DNA of 63,037 nucleotides, filler included, from Sluysia triapertura (taxonomy: Eukaryota): NCBI GenBank assembly GCA_046118255.1. It is 4 parts of 4 records of this genome, joined end to end, with 100 filler letters (N's around TTAATTAATTAA, not from the genome) between each part and the next. Parts side by side here need not be neighbours in the genome. Positions count along the whole stretch, not along the records: positions 37,676 to 63,037 come from JBJNIA010184056.1; 3 more parts are not named here. The stretch is one strand, 5' to 3'. Position 1 is the stretch's first letter; the number at the start of each line of letters is the position of its first letter. This document shows, one piece after another, positions 53,001 to 63,037 of the stretch. A program made the position numbers and the translations under genes. Under the pieces are notes generated by a model. The model was not told where the DNA came from, did not search any database, and saw nothing but the letters and a program-made list of their open reading frames with translations.

Positions 53001-56000
53001 CATGAATGTAAAATACAAAATGGAAAGTTAATTTAATATTTTTCTGATTTGGAAAATGTATTTTCCATAATTCAGTATTACTTGTAATATATGACCAGTA
53101 ATAGATTGAAGTAACCTGCGTCAATATGTGAAGTATTTATTAATTGTTACGCGATGTGCTTATCATTGGTTTGAAATAAAAGGCAGTAGTATAAAATAAA
53201 CTAAAAAATTTGTTAAAAATATTAAACAAGCTGAAAATCGTTGGAATAATAATTGTTTTATTGAAATACAATACTGAGATAACAGTAAATCAAATTATAA
53301 ATATTATAAACTATTTACTGGAATATAAATATTTAAACGCTATTTCGACATCTTTCAAAGAATTTTTGTTAACAAAAATGATCTGAAAGTTAAAATAATG
53401 ATAACTTACAAATTAACAATGTGATAAAAATATTTTCTGTAATTTCCCGAAAGTTATGAGTGATCAAAATTTGGGGATAAAGTTCAGAATTTCGTTTGTT
53501 AAAATGATAGGTGATGAAGGTTTGAATATAACTTTTGAAAACACGAGTTGTCTCTATGTCAATATCTATAATGAGTGCCTTATGGAAACTAGGATTGTTA
53601 ATTCCTCAATTCCATTTCCGAAATGTCAAAAAAGTATTTATAAAGTTTTGATAATGATTATGTAGAACAAATAAAATCAGTTGAAATTTTGAGAATAGAA
53701 ATGTTACGTTTATTGAATGGTTTAATTAAATCACATTATGTTAATTTTCAACAGCAAGTATAAATGATGACCAATTGTAATACTTTTAAAAGATCAATTG
53801 AAACTTCATAATCCAAGGATTAAATTTGAAATATCAGAGTTTGGTGAAACAAAACGTTAAACGTAATTTCGAAAAACTTATTGAATATGATGGAAATTAT
53901 ATTCAAGAAAAACGAACCATGTAATTATTTATCACTTGATCATTCATGAAAAATTTGAATATATATGTAAACAAGTACTGATTATGTGATGATGTGTTAT
54001 GCTATTTCATAAAGTGGCAATCGACAATTGATTTTTATTTGATAATATGTGTGCATATTTATTATTAAAAATTATTGCTTTTTATTAATAATTATTGATT
54101 TCTTTTAATCGTTTATTTTATTCATTTATTTTTATATTTGGATTAAACTAACGTAAGTATTTTTAACATTAAAAAATATAAAATAAATTTTTATTTGTTT
54201 TAATAATAAAAGGCCAAGGTCAACATAAAAACGCATATAAAATAACACACAAAGGCATTAAAAAACAATTTATTTTACTGCAAAATTTTGTCTACACGAT
54301 AAATATTTCACGATTCTTCGCAATCCAGATTTCTACGAATTTTTAAATCAAGATCTCTATAATTTTTACACATTTATTCTTGGCCAGGATCTTGTTGATT
54401 TTCTAAAATAATTTACGTTAGTTTATTATATTAAGGTTTTGATACCTGAAGGCATCCCGCGCAAAATACACTTAAAGTTCATTTTTATAAAATATTAGGA
54501 ACGTTTTATTGGTTCTTAGCAACATATATTTAAATTGTTATTATTTAAATAATTAACTTGATAACAGTTAATTAGTGCAACATTTTATTGTTGTATTATA
54601 ACTTTTATAACCTTTGTTAATACATCATTAAAGTCAAGTTATTATTTTGAAGATTAGCAATTTTAATAGTTTTAAAATCTTAAACTTGCTACTGCCCAAG
54701 AATTTTATCAAAATTTAATTCTGATTTAGCAAAATCAATTTAAATACATCATTTTCATAGGATTATCGTAAAATATCATAATTAACCTATAATAATTATA
54801 AAATTCTTTAACCTCCAGAATTCACTTCACAATTAAGCTAAAAGTACTTTAGGAATAAGCCAGCGAGTTATGAGAAGTTTTTAATCTTCAATTAAAATTC
54901 TTTTATTTAAAATCCAACGGCTAGCCCTAACAGGTAAGCCTAGTACATTGTTAGACTCACGTGTAAGTTTGCTTTATTCTATTAGTGTAAAGTTAGAAAA
55001 AACCCAACATTTAAATGTTAAATTACTTCATCATTATGAAAGCTTTTGTCCAAATCATCACTTCTTTAAACAATTTATACCGTATACGCAATCAGAGAAA
55101 AAATTAAATTCTGTTGCATTAGTTATACTGAGTATCATGTCTTGTTCGTGATTAAGGAGTACATCAAGGTACATCATACACATACATGATTATCAGATAA
55201 GTACACATTAGAGCATTTTAGTAAGTTATTAATTCATGAAGCTATCTGCATTAGACAAAAATATTACTGCGAAACTTTTCTAAATATTATTTGTTTATTA
55301 TATTGTACAACACTTTTTACAGAAGAATTTTACATTGATTATTAAAAAAATTAACGAAAATTTCTTAGTAAAATAAAAATATAAATGCTAAATAAAGTTT
55401 TAAAAAAATTATTATTAGAAATCAATATTTTGTATCTACTTTATTATTTATTTCTTTTGAGTATATATGTCATAATTTAATTACGGATTTCCTATAGTTC
55501 TGAATAAAGTATAATGATATATATAAAACTTTCATTTATCTGTGCTTCCATCTGTAACATCCGATACACAAACAAATTCACAAAAACGATATATATTAAG
55601 GTATAAAAATTATTTAATATTAAATAAAGTATTGCGAAAGTTAAGATATTTCAAAATCGAAGATTATTGACAAACCTAAAGTTTATAAAATTTCATTAAC
55701 ATATATATATATATAATTCAAATGACGCTCCTACTTTTAGAAAATGAACGTCTTTTAATGAAAACCTAATCTTGAAAATATCAACCTGTTAGATGATACA
55801 AGCACCTAAAGGGTAAATCTTTTTCACTCAATTATCCTGAATTAGCTATATTACTTGATGATGGATCTACTATTAAGAGGTATGTTTGAATTGTTTCTTA
55901 AAAATGTTTTTTTCATTTTATAGACAATATCAAGGTTAAGGTTATTTTTATTTTTATCAATAAAAAATACAAAATAATAACAGATTCATTCATCAATAGA

Positions 56001-59000
56001 TAATATAGAATGCAACCATTTGTAATCACATGACAAAATTAATAAAATTCAACATTAATTTTTTTCATGTATGCTTAATAATGAATCAATAGTTTTTAAC
56101 ACGTTCGCGGCCAATTATGAATTATCTTTTAGGCATCAGTTACGACTTAATTCGTAGAATGTACGATCAAACTCGTAGTATTTTTTTATGTTCGCGACTC
56201 TGATATAACTCGTATAATTAATAAAGCAATTAAAAATAATCTAAATTCAATATATTTTCCATAAATACTTTGTATTTTTATATTACAATTAATTAATTAA
56301 AATTTGTTGGTATGGTGGACCTATTTTTGAAAATATCATTAGGCAGCGAACAATGTTAAAAATGCAGAAATGAATTCTTATTAATTGTTAATAAGATATT
56401 CAATTTCTTAAAAGAATAAGTAAAAGAAAGTTAGTGCATTACTTCATTGGTATTTGTTAAGATATGTTATCTTGTTATTGGTTATTTCACGTTGTTATAC
56501 TCAAACATATTATTGGTTTTACCGAAACGATGTTATTTATTATGTTGCTATTGCGCTAGTTAAAACTATAACAAAGCTGCATTAAGAGGAAAGGAGGAAT
56601 TTTTAAAGAACCACAAAAATAAGCACATAACTGAGCTGAACAAGTGAAAAATGGTGTCTCAAGATAGTGGTATATATAATTAATGCAGTTCTTAAAATAT
56701 ATTATAAAATTATATAATATGGTTAAAAAAAATCTTAAAGTTTTATTTCATTCAACTCGCATAAAAATACACTTAATAATTTCATAAAAATATTTATTGC
56801 ACAATAAAATTCACGACTATTTAATATGATTTAATGTATAAAATTTCAATTAATTACTGTTTAATGTAATTTAATTTAATCTATTTATAAAATGAAGCTT
56901 TGTAGTAGCATTATTAATTTAAAATTTATATCAGGAAATAATTTACAAGTTAATTTAAAAAATGTTTTATATGTTTAAATTTCAATAACATAAATCTGAA
57001 ATCTGTATTTATTATAAAACCAGTTTTGTTGCATAAATATGTGTGAGTTTTTAAACTTATTAAATAACTATTACTACTACAATTTTAAATTTGGTGATTA
57101 GCTTTTCGAGAAGATGAATATGTTTTCAAAAAGCAATTTCTGAAATCTCTCTTTCAGAAGTATTAAATCGAAAACTATCAATAATTTGAAAAATAAGTAT
57201 CACAAACACACGAAAAAATATTATGCCGATGTTTTACAAAAACGTACTGTTGAAGAATATTGTAATTGTTTTATAAATATCTTTGGAAACCATGTATAAT
57301 AAAAATGAAGAAGTAATGTTTGTATCATTCAAATTATAATAGTATTAAGTTATAATAGTTATAATATTATAATAGTATTAAGTTTCATTAAATATAAATA
57401 TTTAAACTTACATTTTTCGTTAAAGGTGATTTATTAACCGCAGCTCTAATTTTATCTCTATCATATTCACCATCTCCGTCTGTAAGTACAACTATGATTC
57501 TATTACAATTCGCTCCTTCAAAGCTATATTTACTTCTAGTTTCATCGAACTGAAATTTGTCAAAATTTATGTTAATAATTGTAATTTTCAAAACAAAAGA
57601 TTGTAAAAATATTTGACATGATAGTAATAATAATAATAAATGATTTTAGCTTGAATAATTATATTCAGAAATGATAATTCCACATTAATTTCATTTAAAA
57701 TTTTATTCCATTATTCGATTCTTTGACACTTCATTAAGATTAATATTCAATGATCAAATAATATAGGGGCTTTTAATATTCATATCTTGTATATTAACGA
57801 AAACCGGTTAATATTCGGTAATATTTAACTTTGTTATGATGTTGAAAAAATATTTACTTTTTTAGTGTTTAAATTTTCAATAATTTAATTTTTCTTAATT
57901 TATTTTTGTTACAATTTGTACTTATTTTACGTTTTTTTTAAAAGATTTTTAATTTAATTATTCTATATTAATTATTCTATAATTATTCTATAATTAATTT
58001 AATTATTCTATAATTATTCTATAATTAATTTAATTATTCTATAATTAATTTAATTATTCTATATTCGTTTTACTAAATGATATTTATAAAGAAAATTATA
58101 ATTTTACAAAATAATAATAGTACAAAATAATATTATCTGTGTGGGATATTTAGGAGTTTAAGATTGTTATATCTTCTCTATGATTCCAGTTCCTCTTCTA
58201 ATATTGCCTGAAGTTTCGCTATTCTTATTTAATCTTTCGAAAGATCTTTCTATCTCTAATACTTTTTGTATATTATATATCAAAATTAAATCAAATTAAT
58301 AACATCACAATTAATTTTAAACGGGGTATAAATTGAAAACCCTTCAATAATTACAAAGATCCATAATAGATTCCGAGCGTAAATATTCAAAGAATTTTTG
58401 CACGATATTTCAAAAAATATAATAATATATAAAGTGGAAATATTAAGAATACTTTTAATATTTTGAATATGTTAAAATCGATTTTAATGCTAGCTTTAAA
58501 CTTAGCAACAAGGATTATTAACAATTTTAAGTCAGATATTGATTCTTAATTTAATTAAGTATAAAACCTTATGAGTTCTTAATCAACTTATTTTAAAATG
58601 ATGGCACTAAAAATTTTCGAAGCTGTTTGATCATAGTTGAATAATATTCGGTGACCACATATTTCAATGATTTCTCAAATATAAATTTTTCCAAATTGAG
58701 TATAATCGCTGTCGTGAAGATAATCACCGTTCACTAAAATATTGTAAGATAATACCAAAAGTGCCACAAATTGAGAACATAAGTAATAACGAAATAATCG
58801 ATAATTTTAACTTTTGTTTGTTGCATTTTTGTTCTGTAATTTTATTCTGGTTTCTGTTTATAATATTTTATTGATAGTATAAAATTGGATAAAGATTTTA
58901 TTATATTAGTACCAATATAAATACTTTACTCTTTATGTCTTATTTAATTAAAATATTTATTTTATTTTCTTTTTTAAGCAAACGTAATTAAAGTAATTAA

Positions 59001-60114
59001 AAATTACAAACATTTGGAGCTTTACACACATCACAATGCACAAATAAATAATACTGCACTTAAAAAAGATATTCTGAAATCAAGAAATAAAGAAAATAAG
59101 CGAAAGAAAACAGAATGCATAAGACGTGAATTTAAATTCATCATACTTAATTTGCAGGTAGAAAAGATGACGGGTTTGAAAATAGCACTAGACAAAAAGA
59201 ATAAGTGATTGTGATAAAATAAAGTTGAAAAATCAAGACAAACAGATACAAACTAACACTAACCAACACCTAACTACAAAATGAATGCATGTGAATGTAT
59301 AAATAAATTATAATACTCCAAAAGCAATGTTATAAGAGAAAATTATTTTGCATTTAGGTAAAATCAACCATATTATCGCGATAATACATATCAGTTAATT
59401 ATAAAAAGCAATTGGCTATATTATAATTTTAATATAGATATTAATAGTAGAATGGAATTGAAGAATGGACTGGTCAAAATATAATACACGTCAAGATACA
59501 ATTGAATTACGATAAGACAAAATGAGAGAAGAAAATTATTGATTATTAAGTAGAATATCTTTGTATTTAATTATCAATTGAATTTCGTTAATCAGTTCTA
59601 TTTGACTACACTTTTCTCAATGAATTATTCGGAATAGATTGGCTTCAAGTGAAATTTATTAAAACAACACATTCGAATAATTGCTCATGACTCGTTGTTA
59701 ATAGTAAATTCGTACATTTGTAAATTTATAATTACGCATGATTCTATTAACTATATTGTTAGTAAATTATTCGACAAATACAGCAATACGGAAACGAATC
59801 ATAAACGGATTTTATTAATATAATTTCTATGAAATGAAAGCTATTTGTCCATTTTAAAGTTTAATATTAATAATATTTGTGGCTAGTCAAACAGTTGAGA
59901 TCTGAATAGCAACTCGAAGCAAATAATATTACAATATAATATATTATAATACAAAACAATCATTATAAACAAATGAAGTAGTTAAAATTTATTGAATTAT
60001 TCTTAATATTACGTAATGACTAACCTTTTGGAACTGCGTTATTGCAAATTCTAAAGCATCATTTAAAAATGCTCTTCCTTTGGGTTTTAGTTGTCGTACT
60101 TGTCGAAACAGTTG
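49377..60114 (-). CDS. Voltage-gated calcium channel alpha2/delta subunit (CACNA2D-like), partial. Exons 60025-60114, 57412-57549, 51829-51907, 49595-49644, 49377-49508
   Basis: All five exons have AG/GT borders and compatible phases. They splice to QLFRQVRQLKPKGRAFLNDALEFAITQFQK-FDETRSKYSFEGANCNRIIVVLTDG...-IRIFIYSVGEEAAPTANLLNITCDYRG-YFGHIRSYGAVSNIIE-KYSTV...VNVVEDG. This is collinear with the vWA/Cache region of alpha2delta (ANCNKIIMLFTDG, VRVFTFSVG, ACENKGYY, WTNVYLDA). Confidence 0.85.
52930..53930 (+). pseudogene. Possible D5-like (SF3) primase-helicase remnant of viral/Polinton-like origin
   Basis: Broken frames give KYYKLFTG..FKRY (K.LTGGD.I..R-like), IFCNFPKVMSDQNLGIKFRISFV (motif C/Arg finger, N.LP...D.GI.RR..V-like) and EILRIEMLRLL. 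No intact Walker A seen. Confidence 0.35.
56096..56359. mobile_element. TTAA-flanked piggyBac-type MITE
   Basis: TTAA CACGTTCGCGGCC ... GGCAGCGAACAATG TTAA. Confidence 0.7.
57950..58062. repeat. AT-rich minisatellite (aattattctat / aattaattt units)
   Basis: Tandem units seen directly. Confidence 0.85.
59320..59540 (+). mobile_element. Probable 3' end of an RTE-type LINE
   Basis: YQLIIK and IEEWTG in broken frames. Confidence 0.35.
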
Positions 60115-61148
60115 CTAAGTATAAATAGGGAAAAATAATTGTTAAAATTTCATTTAAAATACGAAAACCCAATAAAGTTTTATTCACAATTAATGTACAA
60201 TTATAATGTTAAATAAAGAATAACAAAAAGAATATCAAAATAGAATTTATGAAATGAGATTCTTTTAAAAAGGATAAATATACTGCATAAATATTAATAA
60301 GGCATTTTATTAAACAAAATTATGTTTAGAACAACCATTAATTTAAAATAACCAAGTAAACGGAGCAATAATTATTAATTAGTATTTCATTTGTTTTGTG
60401 AAAATTAGAACAATTTTTATATAACAAATTTTTAATTTAACTCTTTAATATAACTCTTGAAAATAATGATTAAATAAATTATACAATTATGATTAAATTC
60501 AGCTGAAAAGAAGATTTTCAGAAACTCAGATTTCCAGTCAAAATTAAAACAATAAATAACTATTATTTTATATTTACATTATACATTATATATTTTTTAA
60601 TATATAATAACTTATTTAATAATATCCTTTTAATATATCATATAATTAAAAAGTTAATGGATATTTTAATCATATTTATAATATAATAATAAATTTATGA
60701 ATATTTGAATGCAATAACAAATATTGATTAGTGTTTAAAGATAACTTATAGCAAAACTAAGCTATTCAAGTTAGATATTTCTTCTACTTGTTTTAATTTA
60801 TTAATTTATCAATGTTTTTTGTCATTAATTTGAATTAAAAAAACACAATTCAAAATGACAAATCGAATTATTTTTTCTATATATTTCTTTTTTAGATAAA
60901 AAAGATGCCTAGAAATTTGATAAATGATCTTATTAAACAAAAAAATTAAACAAAATTACAAATTATTAAATGTTAAATTTTTAAGTTTTTTCATCCAAAA
61001 ACATTGCAATGTTGATGTTTAATTTAGTCAAAGTTATTTTTGCAAAGTGCCAATAATTTGTTTGTATTTTAGACTGGCTTCAAAATACTTAGAATTTTGT
61101 TTATTAGACAATAAAATAATGTAATGTTAATTAGTTTTGATTTTCCAT

Positions 61149-61319
61149 TTAACCCTTTCAATACTGCGGGGATATATAAGTCCAGAGAATATATATTTAT
61201 CCCATAATTAAACTACTGCAGGAACATGTGTCCCAAGGCATTTTTTTCAAAAATCTGAAATTATGTAACCATGTTCCTTTACTTATTTACAGCACATTTA
61301 GTCGTATTAAAAAGGTTAA
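61149..61319. mobile_element. TTAA-flanked piggyBac-type MITE
   Basis: TTAA CCCTTTCAATAC ... GTATTAAAAAGG TTAA. Confidence 0.75.
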
Positions 61320-61559
61320 ATACAGTTGCAACAATACTGGCAAATTACAAACTGCACGATAAAATTACGCATAATGTTATTTATGTTGTAATTTCTAATG
61401 TGAACATTTTCGAATACGTAAATTAAGTTGTTGTAACTCCAGAGGAAAAGATGTTTATGGTCGAGGTTGTAATGATTTATTAATTTTCATTAAGAAGTAA
61501 GATGGAGTGCTAACGTTTTTTTCTTGAATCTACCCCTTTTGAAGTGATTTTGATTACAC

Positions 61560-61850
61560 AAAAACTCAGAAAAGACTATACTTCGACATCTTGCAAAAAT
61601 CTATGCTTTATGGAATATTAGACAGTATAGAAGTTTCAAGTCAAGTATTTCTCGACTTACAAATTGGATTCTTGTGTTGGATCTCTCAGAATGTCTTCGC
61701 AGTGACATTCAGTAAGCCATCGATAAATCATTGCTTTGATAACATCAGCCTTTTATTTATTTGAATGAGCGAAGGAACTAATCAAAAACGAATTCTACAC
61801 AATCATTAGTATCATAGGAAATTTTCTTGGAAATTGTTCTACGAATAAGA
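61560..61850 (-). mobile_element. Gypsy-like integrase core remnant
   Basis: ADVIKAMIYRWL....DILRD../GIQFVS resembles A..V..AL...W...G.P..I.SD.G.QF.S. Confidence 0.4.
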
Positions 61851-62399
61851 AATTTCTTTTACTGACATAGATGACGATAGTTTATCAATTTTACAAATTT
61901 ACAATTTAATCAACATCGTAATTACAAATTTTTGCAGCTAATCAAGTAAGAAGTAAACCAATAAAAACAGCTTTCTCATTTTAAATTAATTTAATTTCGC
62001 TTCTGTCTCATTATAGCTACAAAAAATTTTGCATTTTTATTTATAAATAATATTAAATTTTGTTAAAATTATTATTAATAAATTTAATAATAAATAATTA
62101 CTAAATTATAGGTCAATTTTCGATGGTAAACACTTCTATAAATAAACTTGTCAAAATAAATATATTAAACAATTTTTATGTGAACATTATATTTGTATTA
62201 ATGTAAAAAAGAAAATCAAAATATACTATTACAAACAAATGCTTAAAAGGCTGGTTTTGAATTTCTATGAGATTTAAGTAAAAATATATTACTATTTAAT
62301 ATTACTACTATTGTTACTATTATTGTTATTATATCGATTGATCAGAAGATAAACATAATTTATTTGTGTTGTAAACAATAATGTTCCATAATGCACTTA

Positions 62400-63000
62400 T
62401 TCTTTACAATATTTCTGGAAATTCTACTTTTAAATATTTCATAATCTACCAGTGCTTTGACATTCTTTCATTTCTGTTTCTGCAATATTTCATTATTTCC
62501 AAGAAATATTCAGAATTTTTTATGTAGTAAGCATTAATAAATTACAATCACATTTTTGATTTCTAATTTTACTTTTAAGTATCACTAGATCTATTTTGAA
62601 TTTTATGCTGATATATTTTCCAATATCTTTGTAATTATGAAACAAATTGCCAATAATAATAATAATAATCACTTTATTTAATCACTTCCTAGAAAAGAAT
62701 TATTCATTAATGTGAAAATAGCAAATCAATTTGTCAATATTTACTGCGAAATTCAGCAAAATAGGTTAGTTTATATATACATGATTTGGATAATGATAGC
62801 ATGCTAATAATATTGGTCTTCAACTGACCAATGTCAATAATTTAAAATTAAATATCAACTTTTCACACATATTTGGATGAAGAAAATATCATATATCAAT
62901 TCATCAATTGAATTTTGATCTAGACATAGTGTTACAACTTTTCAATAATAATTATTCGAATTACACATCGCAATAAATAAAGTCTTTAACTTTTGATACA
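62400..63000 (-). mobile_element. Probable RTE-type LINE remnant
   Basis: KILNISWK (RIL.ISW-like) near 62500; decayed. Confidence 0.3.
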
Positions 63001-63037
63001 GAAATACACATAAAATATAAATAATTTTATATATTAT

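Noticed and set aside
57950-58062. Short tandem repeats as a CRISPR-like array
   Set aside because: No unique spacers and a eukaryotic context; it is a simple minisatellite.

Overview
Very AT-rich eukaryotic, almost certainly animal, scaffold. It carries a spliced alpha2/delta calcium-channel subunit gene and GT-AG introns as short as about 40 nt. It is built from several contigs: two plain N gaps and three artificial 100-nt N/TTAATTAATTAA linkers. Host genes: one intact intronless lambda-crystallin/CRYL1-like ORF, five exons of a CACNA2D-like gene, one SLC25A16-like exon, and broken fragments resembling ariadne (ARIH1) and KXD1. Most of the rest is decayed mobile DNA: piggyBac and TTAA-MITEs, pogo/Tc2- and hAT-type MITEs, IS630/Tc1, gypsy, LINE, Penelope, a Polinton/Maverick-type integrase and a possible D5-like helicase. 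The most interesting signal is a family of three decayed pieces that together suggest an ambisense, parvovirus-like element. Its layout would be a conserved ~58-bp terminal hairpin (arm CATCATCAATAGTGAC), then a HUH+SF3 Rep/NS1-like gene, converging on a large unknown 'gene X' that starts from the same hairpin at the other end. All protein similarities were judged by eye from remembered family motifs; no database searches were run.
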